DNA of 40,000 bases from Roseivirga sp. (GCA_965267365.1 OZ253951.1:2701974-2741973), one strand, 5' to 3'. Shown: positions 28,929 through 38,046, numbered from the stretch's first letter. The notes: generated by a model from the sequence alone, not told the origin. Program-made: numbers and translations.

Positions 28929-29584
28929 TGGAGCATCGTATCAGCTTCGAGTTCAACGCTCGATATGAAATGATCGGAACCCCATCTGATCAAATTGAAG
29001 AATTATGGTTTGTGTGTCACGGACATGGGCAATTGGCTAAATACTTTATCAGAAAATTTGAATGTATCAATGATGGCAAAACGCTAATTGTTGCTCCTGA
29101 AGGCTTATTCAGATACTACTTGCAAGGTTTCACAGGCAGAGTTGGCGCCACATGGATGACCAAGGAAGACCGTATTTCAGATATCAATAATTACTTGACC
29201 TACCTCACAGCAGTCCTTCATGAAGTAAAAGCGCAGTTACCAGGCAGCATCAAAACAACCCTTTTTGGCTTTTCGCAAGGGGCAGCCACCATCTCGAGAT
29301 TTGCCACACAAACCAATGTTGAGTTTGAGAAACTGATCCTATGGGCAGGTATTTTCCCTCCTGATCTTCCAAAGATCGAAAGCACCAAAAAGCTATCAGA
29401 TAAAAAGACCTATTTCGTTATCGGAGATAAAGACCAGTACGCTTCTCCTCAAGTGTTTGCGGAACAAGAAAAGCTAGCTGAGCAGATAAAAGTAACCCCC
29501 GAACGCATAACATTCGAGGGTGAGCATGAATTGTATGAAAAAGTCATACTGCAAATCCGCAATGATGACTATCTCCAGAAATAA
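28928..29584 (+). CDS. Alpha/beta hydrolase (phospholipase/carboxylesterase-like)
   Basis: LWFVCHGHGQ and the nucleophile elbow GFSQGAAT. It is 218 aa, and its ATG overlaps the cdd TAA. Confidence 0.7.
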   Translation: MEHRISFEFNARYEMIGTPSDQIEELWFVCHGHGQLAKYFIRKFECINDGKTLIVAPEGLFRYYLQGFTGRVGATWMTKEDRISDINNYLTYLTAVLHEVKAQLPGSIKTTLFGFSQGAATISRFATQTNVEFEKLILWAGIFPPDLPKIESTKKLSDKKTYFVIGDKDQYASPQVFAEQEKLAEQIKVTPERITFEGEHELYEKVILQIRNDDYLQK

Positions 29585-30567
29585 CTGTCTCGCTTGTAAC
29601 TTGTTACAAGTTTTGCAGGAATTATTGCCACAGGGCCCTTATAAATTCCTCCATCGTTCCCAAGATCGTCAACCCGTACGGATATTACATTCTTTCCTTC
29701 CTTCAGTAAACCGTTAGGAATTTCATAGATTCTTAGCTCTTGAAAGCTACGAGATCTACCGTATCTACGACCGTCATCAGTCTCTCCTATCTTTTCACCG
29801 TTTAGAAAAGTTACATCAAAATCGTCAATGTAACCACCTATTAATACCATATCATCCAGATTAGTTCCTGCCGGTATCTCAAAAGTCTTGCGATACCAAG
29901 CGTAATCCCTTAGATCTCTGATTCCTATTACCTTCCAGTCTGCAGGTACTTTGATATCCTCCCAATTAGAATCATCAAAATCAGGATCGGCATACTCTTC
30001 TTTATTTCTTGTCTTGATTTTCCACAAGCCCTCAAGGTTAATTACATCTTGGTAACCATCCTCCGCTGCAAGCAAACCAACTTCACCACTGTAAATACCG
30101 CCTTCTCCGCCTTTATCGAAAATTCTGACAGCAATCAGGTTTTCACCTTCATAGTTCAATAGCTCATTTGGAATTCTATACTCTCTTTTAGCCTGCCAAG
30201 CAGTATAGTAATCTGGCGGAAAGCCTCCAGAAAAGCCAATTTTCACTCCGTTGAAATAGACCTCATCTACATCATCAATGTAGCCAAGGCGTAAATAATG
30301 GACTCTATCTTCTAAAAGCTCATCACCGCTGAAGGTGGTTCTATACCATGCATAACCATCGTAACCATTAAAGCCTTCTCTCTCCCATCTTCTTGGAACA
30401 TAGATCTCTTCCCAATCAGAGTCGTCATACTCAGGACTCGACCATTCTTTATGATCTCCAATAGAGAATTTCCAATATCCTCTTAATCCGTGTAATCGCT
30501 CTAGCTCCTGACCAAAGGCGGCAAGCGATAAAAATGTGAAAGCTGCTATTATGTAAATTCTTCTCAT
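29569..30567 (-). CDS. Secreted protein with two tandem galactose-binding-like (GH2 N-terminal / 7TMR-DISMED2-like) domains and no catalytic domain
   Basis: Signal MRRIYIIAAFTFLSLAAFGQ. Two copies of one module are present. Copy 1 is WKFSIGDHKEWSSPEYDDSDWEEIYVPRRWE...GYAWYRTTF...LGYIDDVDEVYFNGVKIG...NLIAVRIFDKGGEGGIY. Copy 2 is WKIKTRNKEEYADPDFDDSNWEDIKVPADWK...DYAWYRKTF...GGYIDDFDVTFLNGEKIG...NVISVRVDDLGNDGGIY. Confidence 0.75.
   Translation of the reverse strand: MRRIYIIAAFTFLSLAAFGQELERLHGLRGYWKFSIGDHKEWSSPEYDDSDWEEIYVPRRWEREGFNGYDGYAWYRTTFSGDELLEDRVHYLRLGYIDDVDEVYFNGVKIGFSGGFPPDYYTAWQAKREYRIPNELLNYEGENLIAVRIFDKGGEGGIYSGEVGLLAAEDGYQDVINLEGLWKIKTRNKEEYADPDFDDSNWEDIKVPADWKVIGIRDLRDYAWYRKTFEIPAGTNLDDMVLIGGYIDDFDVTFLNGEKIGETDDGRRYGRSRSFQELRIYEIPNGLLKEGKNVISVRVDDLGNDGGIYKGPVAIIPAKLVTSYKRDSYFWR
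29593..29614 (+). terminator. Possible weak terminator or palindrome inside the 3' end of the convergent gene
   Basis: CTTGTAAC-TT-GTTACAAG followed by TTTT, 9 nt after the stop at 29584. The stem is AT-rich, the effective loop is very short, and the element lies within minus-strand coding sequence. Confidence 0.25.
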
Positions 30568-30584
30568 GTTGTTAAACCTAAGCC

Positions 30585-30604
30585 GAGCACCCGAGAGCAC
30601 CCGG
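30585..30604. repeat. Tandem 10-mer GAGCACCCG(A/G) x2 immediately upstream of the minus-strand ATG at 30567
   Basis: GAGCACCCGA (30585-30594) and GAGCACCCGG (30595-30604) form a GC-rich island in AT-rich intergenic DNA. Confidence 0.5.
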
Positions 30605-30676
30605 CATTAATTAGTAGTCTAGTTGTTTTTGACCGTTGGACCTTGTTACAAATGAACGCTATATAGCTACTCTGTA

Positions 30677-30714
30677 TGTCATATGCGAGTAAAGAGATGT
30701 CACAAATTGTCACA
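30677..30714. promoter_or_regulatory. Phased direct repeats TGTCA / TGTCACA / TGTCACA (candidate regulator binding site)
   Basis: TGTCA at 30677-30681, TGTCACA at 30698-30704 and TGTCACA at 30708-30714. Start-to-start spacing is 21 and 10 bp. Confidence 0.4.
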
Positions 30715-30833
30715 AGAATTATTTTCAATTCATAAGTAATTCATTTTCAATACCTTAACAAAGACCCAGCTAATTCAAAAGCAAGCAAAAAACTTCTATT
30801 TGACTCGACTATTTAAATTCAGAACTTCCTTAC

Positions 30834-30841
30834 TAATTTTG
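30834..30841 (+). promoter_or_regulatory. Putative -7 promoter box TAATTTTG for greB
   Basis: Matches TAnnTTTG, 77 nt upstream of the ATG at 30919. Confidence 0.35.
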
Positions 30842-30918
30842 CTCATTGAAAGAATTGAAGGGTCAATCACACAAGTTTTGACTTTTCAATACAACCAATA
30901 CAGCAGGAAAAAACGAAT

Positions 30919-31392
30919 ATGCGAACTCCAATGATCACTCCGGAAGGAATGGAAAAGCTCAAGGAAGAACTTGACCACTTATGGCGAGTAGAAAGGCCCG
31001 ATATCACCAAAAAGGTTTCGTGGGCAGCCAGTCTAGGAGACAGATCAGAAAATGCAGATTACCACTACAACAAAAAGCGATTGAGAGAGATCGATAAGCG
31101 TTTATTATATCTTCGAAAGTGCATTGACAACTTTAAAGTGATTGAGTATCATCCTCACCAAGAAGGGAAAGTCATGTTTGGGGCTTGGGTCGAAATTGAG
31201 AACAACCTAGGCCTAAAAAAGAGATTGCGCATTGTTGGTTACGAAGAGCTGATTGGCACTAAGGATGCCATTTCTATTGATTCACCTGTCGCTCAAGCTT
31301 TGCTTAAAAAAGAGGTGGGCGATGAGGTAACCGTCAAAACTCAAGCGGCCAATTTTACGTGGAAAATTCATAAAATAGAATATGAGAAATAA
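30919..31392 (+). CDS. greB: Transcription elongation (cleavage) factor GreB
   Basis: ITPEGMEKLKEELDHLWRVERPDITKKVSWAASLGDRSENADYHYNKKRLREIDKRLLYL...FGAWVEIEN...RIVGYEE...ISIDSPVAQALLKKEVGD closely follows the E. coli GreB pattern as I remember it. Confidence 0.88.
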   Translation: MRTPMITPEGMEKLKEELDHLWRVERPDITKKVSWAASLGDRSENADYHYNKKRLREIDKRLLYLRKCIDNFKVIEYHPHQEGKVMFGAWVEIENNLGLKKRLRIVGYEELIGTKDAISIDSPVAQALLKKEVGDEVTVKTQAANFTWKIHKIEYEK

Positions 31393-31439
31393 TTCTCATG
31401 GCACCCTTTCTGTAAGATCAGAGAACGCTGAAAACGTAA

Positions 31440-32489
31440 ATGAAAAAGAAAATATTCATCGGTTTAGGTCTAGTTATTCTAATAGCGGGCGTTTTCGGTT
31501 ATCAAACCTATGCTAAAGTCTTTGGACCGAATGTACCGGCTGAGTTAGGAAATAACATCCTCTATATTCCTTCTGGATCTTCCTTCGATGATGTAGTGGA
31601 AATCCTTGCAAAGAATGACCAAATCATAGATTCTAGTTCGTTTAGAAGAGTAGCTGAATGGATGAGCTACGACAAAAGCCGTGTGCCAAGTGGCAAATAT
31701 CAAATCAAACCTTCATGGAGCAATCGTGAGTTAATTGGTGTCTTAAGAATTGGACAACAAAGCCCAACTCAATTAGTGCTTACTCATGGTTGGCTAGTAG
31801 AAGATGTAGCTGCAAAAGCCGCTCTTTTCATTGAGCCTGATTCAGCAGACTTGATGAATCTTTTGACTGATGAGACCTATCTCAAACAAAAGGGATATAC
31901 CTCAGAAACCTTGATGAGCCTCTTTATCCCTAATACGTATCAGGTGTATTGGGATATGGACGAAAAAGAGTTTTTGGATAGGATGATCAAAGAGCATGAT
32001 CGTTTTTGGGAATCAGACGATCGACTAGCCAAAGCCGCTTCATTAGGCTTATCTCCTACTGAGGTGTATACTTTAGCCTCTATTGTCGAACGAGAGATAT
32101 CAAAAGACGCGGAGAAAAAGAGAGTTGCTGGCCTCTATCTCAATCGACTGAAAACTGGTATGAAGCTAGACGCTGACCCGACCGCTAAATTCGCCACTCG
32201 AGACTTTGCAGCCACTAGAATCTTGTACAAGCATATTCGATATGACTCTCCTTATAACACTTATTTAAACAAAGGACTTCCGCCTGGCCCTATCAGCATG
32301 GCTTCCATTTCGAGTATCGATGCGGTATTAAATGCTGAAAATCACGACTATTACTATATGTGCGTAGACCCTGACAATTTAGGTTTTCATCTATTTGCTG
32401 AATCGTTAACTGAGCATAATCAAAACGCCAGAAGGTACCATCGCTGGTTGGACGCTTATGAAAAACAGCAAACAAACACATTAAATTAG
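31440..32489 (+). CDS. mltG: Endolytic murein transglycosylase MltG (YceG family)
   Basis: N-terminal TM anchor, LASIVEREI, LDADPT and YNTYLNKGLPPGPISMASISSIDAVLN. Confidence 0.9.
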   Translation: MKKKIFIGLGLVILIAGVFGYQTYAKVFGPNVPAELGNNILYIPSGSSFDDVVEILAKNDQIIDSSSFRRVAEWMSYDKSRVPSGKYQIKPSWSNRELIGVLRIGQQSPTQLVLTHGWLVEDVAAKAALFIEPDSADLMNLLTDETYLKQKGYTSETLMSLFIPNTYQVYWDMDEKEFLDRMIKEHDRFWESDDRLAKAASLGLSPTEVYTLASIVEREISKDAEKKRVAGLYLNRLKTGMKLDADPTAKFATRDFAATRILYKHIRYDSPYNTYLNKGLPPGPISMASISSIDAVLNAENHDYYYMCVDPDNLGFHLFAESLTEHNQNARRYHRWLDAYEKQQTNTLN

Positions 32490-32554
32490 GTTCAGCAAAG
32501 CATGAACATGGCTTGATCTTTGCCCTTAAATGGCTGATCAAAACAAACTCAAAA

Positions 32555-32902
32555 ATGAAAACAGTCCTTAAAATCCAGCCTCTTCTATTACTAACTCTTT
32601 TCTCTTGTAGTGATAACAATAGCGAACCACTTTCTATCATTGACGACTGGACTTACACTGAGGATGCTACGCAAACCATATCATTTGTTGATGCCTCCCA
32701 TGCGCTGGTCAACAACAATGAATTTACTTATGAAATAGATGTAGATAAAATCACCTTCAGATATGCAGGTCCACTTTTCATTGCCATTATCCCTTCCACC
32801 CATTCCTTTGAGCTAGTCAATAACAGCTTGCTCATTGAGGATTTGAATAGATTACAGTTTTTTGAAGGCGAAGAAGGAGCAAACCTTTTTACTACTGATT
32901 GA
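32555..32902 (+). CDS. Small lipoprotein, hypothetical
   Basis: MKTVLKIQPLLLLTLFSCSDNN carries a lipobox. It is 115 aa with no recognised domain. Confidence 0.6.
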   Translation: MKTVLKIQPLLLLTLFSCSDNNSEPLSIIDDWTYTEDATQTISFVDASHALVNNNEFTYEIDVDKITFRYAGPLFIAIIPSTHSFELVNNSLLIEDLNRLQFFEGEEGANLFTTD

Positions 32903-32959
32903 TCTGGGGTTAAGAAATATTTTCTTCTTCTAGCTATATTTCTATTATAAAGCCTCGAC

Positions 32960-33385
32960 ATGACAGAACTTGATCCAAAATACATCATTGCGGTTGCAGA
33001 GCAATTATCCTTCGTTAGTGCCTTTTTAGGAGGTATTTCAGCCACCATTCTGGTCACCATTATCGTATTTGCTTCAAGCAAAAGGTCCGTTAACTGGATT
33101 GTGTCTTCTTCAGCCATTGCAGCATGTAGTTTGTTGATTGCAGTGGTAGCATCTTGGAGACTCCTGATCATTTTACACCCGCAATTCCCCATGCCGGTAG
33201 ATCAAGGAGTAGTGAAAATTCTCTGGTTTGGAATGTTGGCAGGATACAGCCTAGGATTCTTAAGCCTTTTGGCAAGTATAGGCTTATCAGGTTGGATCCG
33301 TTCCAAAAGAGATGGTATCATCACCTCTGCCATTGCCATTATTGCCATGCTCTTTTTTGTATTTGTAACACCCTTTGGACTTTAA
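32960..33385 (+). CDS. Integral membrane protein, hypothetical (about 4 TM)
   Basis: Four hydrophobic segments (FLGGISATILVTIIVF, IVSSSAIAACSLLIAVVA, ILWFGMLAGYSLGFLSLLASIGL, ITSAIAIIAMLFFVFV). Confidence 0.6.
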   Translation: MTELDPKYIIAVAEQLSFVSAFLGGISATILVTIIVFASSKRSVNWIVSSSAIAACSLLIAVVASWRLLIILHPQFPMPVDQGVVKILWFGMLAGYSLGFLSLLASIGLSGWIRSKRDGIITSAIAIIAMLFFVFVTPFGL

Positions 33386-33602
33386 ACGAAATCAAACCTC
33401 AAGCCAATCAAAAAAAATCACTCTACAAACGCCAACACTCTTCAACAATTCGTCAATCTACTTTTGGTGCCACTTTTTTCATTTGACTCTATGGAGCTCA
33501 TAAATTCTAGTTTGACGTTTACCAAAATGAAATTTAACTTCAGCGGCTCCCGAGAACGATCGGGTTAGCAACCAAACCATTAACTGCATTTAAACCAATC
33601 AC

Positions 33603-35762
33603 ATGAAACAGTTCTCTTTTTGGCAAACATGGGTATTGACTGGCCTCATCATGGCAATGTCTATCACAGTCTCCGCACAAGAATCGGACCTTACCCTTGA
33701 TGATGTTTTCGCAACGCCAAAACTGACAGGAACCACTCCTTCTTCACCTGCTTGGGCACCCGATAGCGAGCACTTCGCCTTCTCCTGGAATGAACCAGGA
33801 AAATCTGGTCGTGGCTTATGGCTTTCAACCAATGATGGAAAAGACGTGCGTCTTATTTCTAGTGCAGGATCTCCATCCGTGCGTGACATGATCTGGACCG
33901 ATGCCAACACGATCATCAGCTTGCGTGGAAATAACTTATGGCAAACCTCACTGAGTCAAGAAGAAGACCAAGAGCTGATGCCTGTAGAGCCGGGTGCTCG
34001 TAATCTGTCCTTATCACCAAACGGCATGCAAGCGGCTTATCTACGAAACGGTGATTTGTGGCTTGCCAACTTCTCAACCAAAGAGAATCGCCAGCTCACA
34101 AAGCTTGGCATCGCAAGCCTTTCAAGTTTGCCCAAAGGCCGCTATAGCCGTGCGGAGAGAGAGATTGGACCTGGCATTTGGAGTGGCCCTACTTATAAAT
34201 GGTCTCCAGATGGCAAGACCATTGCGTTTCATGTAGTAGACAGACGCGAGATGAGAAAGGTACCATTCCCCAACTACTTAGCCGAAGAAACTGAACCCAA
34301 CGAAGTACGCAGAAGCTACCCGGGAGATCCAAACGAGATTCGCAGAGTTGGTCTGCTTGATGTAGAGAGCGGCAATATTACCTACCTCGATTTGCCCAAC
34401 CCCCATGCTAATCAGGTCATCGACTTCAATTGGTCACCAACTGGCGCATTGCTAGTTGATACTGCATCTGATACAGCAGTGGAACGCAAGCTATTTATCG
34501 TTGCTCCCGGAGAAAGCGAATTGCAAGAGATCTGGAAAGGTGTTCGAGAAAGCCGCATGTATACTTCGTTCGGATCTACCTGGCATCCAGATGGAAAGCA
34601 GGTCATTTTCTTAAGTGACATGGGTGATCGTTACGGCCTTTATTCGATAGACCCTACAAAATCTAATGATTCGCCAAAGCTCTTAACAGACCCATCTTAC
34701 GATGTACTTTCTAGCCCAATTGTCGCTGGCGGTGCACTGTTCTATGCTGGCAATGGAGTCAACCCTTATGAACAACATGTTTATCGTTTAAATCTATCGG
34801 GAGGAAATCCCCAGCAAGTAACTCCTCTGGCAGGTCAAAACGTGGGTTACCCCTCACCAGATGGTCAGCATTTAGTTTTCAGACATAGCAACGATACATC
34901 TCCGCACGAGCTCTATGCAATGAGTAGCAATGGCGGTGATGCTACACGACTCACCCACTCTCCATTACCTGCCTTTGCAGAGCGCTCTTGGACTGCGGCA
35001 GAATATGTTAGTTTCCCGAGTTTGGTTGATGATTATACGCTGCATGCTCGGATTATGAAACCTGTTAATATGCAAGCAAGCAAGAAGTATCCTGTGCTCT
35101 TTGGACCAGTCTATTCCAATACAGCCAGAAATCGCTGGGCCGGAAATTACAGCCTTATTCAGCAACTATTGGTTAAGAAGGGGTATATCATTGTGCAAGT
35201 CGATTCAAGAGGCAGCAACGGATATGGACGAGCCTTCCGTGAAGAGTTTTTGCTGGGCTTCGCTGATCAAGACATTGAGGATTATGCTAGTGCCGTTGCT
35301 TATATGGAGTCATTAGATCATGTCGATCCTGACCGAATTGGTATCTGGGGCAGCAGTTATGGAGGTACACTTTCCGTTTATTCACTATTGATGAAACCAG
35401 GCTTATTTCAGGTTGGTATTGCCGCAGCTGCAGCGGTTGATCCTGTATTCTTTGGTACTGATGATGTAGCAATTGTCCGAACTCCGCAGACACATCCTGA
35501 GGTATTCGAAAGAAAAGCGCTTAAGTATGCATCAAATCTAGAAGACAAACTGCTATTTATCCACGGCATGCAAGACCATGTGGTACCATTCAAAACTACG
35601 GCTACTTTAGCTGAAGAACTGATCAAACAGGGCAAGGATTTTGACTTTGCCTTTGCACCAGGTGCAACGCATGGCTGGAGTCGTGAGCGCAATTACGATC
35701 GCTACTTATTTGGAAAACTCATCGAGTATTTTGACAGACACCTAGCAGAACCGAAAGAGTAG
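33603..35762 (+). CDS. Secreted S9 family serine peptidase (DPP IV / prolyl oligopeptidase-like)
   Basis: Signal peptide, an N-terminal beta-propeller-like region (WSPDG repeats), then IGIWGSSYGGTLS (GxSxGG), MQDHVVPF and GATHGW. Confidence 0.88.
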   Translation: MKQFSFWQTWVLTGLIMAMSITVSAQESDLTLDDVFATPKLTGTTPSSPAWAPDSEHFAFSWNEPGKSGRGLWLSTNDGKDVRLISSAGSPSVRDMIWTDANTIISLRGNNLWQTSLSQEEDQELMPVEPGARNLSLSPNGMQAAYLRNGDLWLANFSTKENRQLTKLGIASLSSLPKGRYSRAEREIGPGIWSGPTYKWSPDGKTIAFHVVDRREMRKVPFPNYLAEETEPNEVRRSYPGDPNEIRRVGLLDVESGNITYLDLPNPHANQVIDFNWSPTGALLVDTASDTAVERKLFIVAPGESELQEIWKGVRESRMYTSFGSTWHPDGKQVIFLSDMGDRYGLYSIDPTKSNDSPKLLTDPSYDVLSSPIVAGGALFYAGNGVNPYEQHVYRLNLSGGNPQQVTPLAGQNVGYPSPDGQHLVFRHSNDTSPHELYAMSSNGGDATRLTHSPLPAFAERSWTAAEYVSFPSLVDDYTLHARIMKPVNMQASKKYPVLFGPVYSNTARNRWAGNYSLIQQLLVKKGYIIVQVDSRGSNGYGRAFREEFLLGFADQDIEDYASAVAYMESLDHVDPDRIGIWGSSYGGTLSVYSLLMKPGLFQVGIAAAAAVDPVFFGTDDVAIVRTPQTHPEVFERKALKYASNLEDKLLFIHGMQDHVVPFKTTATLAEELIKQGKDFDFAFAPGATHGWSRERNYDRYLFGKLIEYFDRHLAEPKE

Positions 35763-35804
35763 ATCTTCAAAAACTGAATAGCAAAGGATAACCCTAAATA
35801 ATTC

Positions 35805-36494
35805 TTATACAACCAACTTATACCCCACTCCGTGCACAGTGAGAATATGCTGAGGGTCATTGTGATTCTCTTCTACTTTCTGTCTTAGTCTGAGAATAAA
35901 ATTATCGACTGTCCTAGTAGTAGGCTGGGCATCATAACCCCAAACTTCATTGAGTAGATCATAGCGGCTGACCACGTCATTTTTTCTTTCAAGGAGAAAC
36001 TGAAGTATTTCAAATTCCTTATATGACATTTTCACATTGCCTGCAGCATTATGCGCCTTGTATTGCGCAAAGTCTACCGTTAGCAATCCAATATGCTGAT
36101 CGCCAGACAAATTCTTTGGTGCCTCGTTGGCTCCTTGCCTACGGAGAATGGCTTTGACCCTTGCTATCAGCTCTCTCAAACTAAAAGGCTTGGTCATGTA
36201 ATCATCAGCGCCTAATTCTAAACCCAAGACTTTGTCGATCTCCTCACTTTTGGCCGTTAGAAAAATGACTGGCGTCATATCACCATTCTTTCTCATGGCT
36301 TTGCAGACATCAAATCCAGACATCTTGGGCATCATTACATCTAGAATGATCAAATCAAATTGACCATCGGTGGCCTTCTTGAGTCCTTCTTCCCCATCGA
36401 TAGCCACTTCAACTTCATAAGATTCAAACTCTAAATTGTCTTTTAGACCCAATCTCATGGATGGTTCATCTTCTACTATTAGTATTCTAGGCAT
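35805..36494 (-). CDS. OmpR/PhoB-family response regulator
   Basis: ILIVEDEP..., DLIILDVMMPKMSG, LTAK, DDYMTKPF and the winged-helix C-terminus (TRTVDNFILRLRQKVE...TVHGVGYKL). Confidence 0.92.
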   Translation of the reverse strand: MPRILIVEDEPSMRLGLKDNLEFESYEVEVAIDGEEGLKKATDGQFDLIILDVMMPKMSGFDVCKAMRKNGDMTPVIFLTAKSEEIDKVLGLELGADDYMTKPFSLRELIARVKAILRRQGANEAPKNLSGDQHIGLLTVDFAQYKAHNAAGNVKMSYKEFEILQFLLERKNDVVSRYDLLNEVWGYDAQPTTRTVDNFILRLRQKVEENHNDPQHILTVHGVGYKLVV

Positions 36495-38046
36495 TTGCTT
36501 GTTGATCTAGTGGGAAAAATAATTTGAATTTGGATCCTACACCAACTTCGCTCACCACTTTAATATCTCCCTGATGAGCGTCCATTATGTGTTTAACAAG
36601 GGTTAATCCAAGGCCAGAGCCTTTTGTATCATGTACATCGCCTGTTGGCACGCGATAAAATTTCTCAAAAAGCTTCTCGACCTGATTTTTAGGTATTCCC
36701 ATACCATGGTCCTGCACTGACACAAAGGCCATATCTCCTTCGATACCAGTGGCAATAACTACTTTTTTGTTGTCAGCACTGTACTTCATGCCATTGTCTA
36801 TCAGATTGACTAGCACCTCAATGATCGCCTCTCTGTCTGCGTTGATATACAACCCATTATCTGATAGCTGCAGGCCGTGCTCAAAACCATTATTCTCTAA
36901 GTGATAAGAATAGGTGTTGTGCACCTCGCCTACCACTGCATTCAGATCTAAAGCCACTTTATGATAGACCCTTTTATTGGCCTCAATTTTAGAGAAACTG
37001 AGAATTCGATTGATCATATTGCTTAGGCGACCTACCTCCTTAGTAATGATCTCGTAGTACTCCTTCTTCTTACTTTCTTCTTTGACTCTACCCATGAGTA
37101 GCGTTTCAGCAAACATGTTGATGAGGGCTAAAGGTGTTCTGATCTCATGGGAGACATTTGAAACGAAATCAGCCTTTTTCTGAGCTAATTCCATCTCGCG
37201 TTGAATATTTCTGAAGACCAAAAAGATACCGATAAACATCACCACCATCAGGAGCGCGAGGGCGATCAGGTTTTGCACTTTTCTTTGGTTGACTACATCT
37301 TCAACAGTACCCCCCACACGGGCAATGGCCACTTCATATTTAGGCAATAGGTCTAAAGGTTGACTTTTGATATTAGCCACTTCTTGGTCTGAAGTAGAGT
37401 AGATTTGAAATCCATCTTCGATTCTACTTGTCGTGAGAATGAAGTCTTCTCTGGCAATTTCTTGAAGCTTTGGCACCAAGAATTGTTCTATCACCTCTAC
37501 TCCGTTGAAATAGAAGATATAAACCTCCGGTTGGTCTTTTTCGCCAAGAACAAACACGACATAATCGAGCCATTCCTTGTTCCATTCTACTTCTTCAGTG
37601 CCTTGTTCCACCTTGAGGAAGTCAGCTTGTTTGTATCGAATCAGTCTATTGATGATATCATTTTTTTGCGCATATAGTTGCTGCGCCTTGTCTAAAAAGC
37701 CCCATTCTCTAAATCCTGGATCATCGCTCAAAACTCTTTCATTGCCTTCTCCAGGGCCATTGATATAAAGTGCTCTGAAATACCTATTCTCTGCTAGGTA
37801 GTCGAGCCTTTGCTGATCAGACCAATTGTCTCCTTCGATATTCAAGGTGCTGGTCAGCTCTGTAAATTTATCTTGTAAGCTTTGATTGATAGAGAAAAGA
37901 ACCGCCTCTAACTGGCGCTCGTAGATGCGCTCCAATTCGCGTTCGTCTGTGGTAAGGGAGTTCAGTTCAAAAACCCCATATATAACCACTGGTACTACCA
38001 GAATAAGGAGAATGACAATAAGGGGTCTCTTTGAGTTCTTTTTCAA
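36487..38046 (-). CDS. Sensor histidine kinase (HisKA + HATPase_c), two TM segments with a periplasmic sensing domain
   Basis: H-box FVSNVSHEIRTPL, N-box LIDNGMKYS, G-boxes DHGMGIP and GSGLGLTLVKHIM. It overlaps the response regulator gene by 8 nt. Confidence 0.92.
   Translation of the reverse strand: MKKNSKRPLIVILLILVVPVVIYGVFELNSLTTDERELERIYERQLEAVLFSINQSLQDKFTELTSTLNIEGDNWSDQQRLDYLAENRYFRALYINGPGEGNERVLSDDPGFREWGFLDKAQQLYAQKNDIINRLIRYKQADFLKVEQGTEEVEWNKEWLDYVVFVLGEKDQPEVYIFYFNGVEVIEQFLVPKLQEIAREDFILTTSRIEDGFQIYSTSDQEVANIKSQPLDLLPKYEVAIARVGGTVEDVVNQRKVQNLIALALLMVVMFIGIFLVFRNIQREMELAQKKADFVSNVSHEIRTPLALINMFAETLLMGRVKEESKKKEYYEIITKEVGRLSNMINRILSFSKIEANKRVYHKVALDLNAVVGEVHNTYSYHLENNGFEHGLQLSDNGLYINADREAIIEVLVNLIDNGMKYSADNKKVVIATGIEGDMAFVSVQDHGMGIPKNQVEKLFEKFYRVPTGDVHDTKGSGLGLTLVKHIMDAHQGDIKVVSEVGVGSKFKLFFPLDQQANA

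Noticed and set aside
32728-33192. A 154-aa minus-strand ORF spans two plus-strand genes.
   Set aside because: It overlaps a plausible lipoprotein and a 4-TM membrane protein on the opposite strand. Its sequence has no signal, motif or sensible start context, so it is likely a shadow ORF.
33603-35762. The S9 peptidase gene looked more GC-rich than its surroundings, which could indicate horizontal acquisition.
   Set aside because: My spot counts of 60-nt lines gave about 42-50% (mean ~46%) inside the gene and about 33-47% (mean ~41%) elsewhere. The ranges overlap, and there are no flanking repeats, tRNA or mobility genes. A sliding-window GC/codon-usage calculation would be needed, so I do not claim it.
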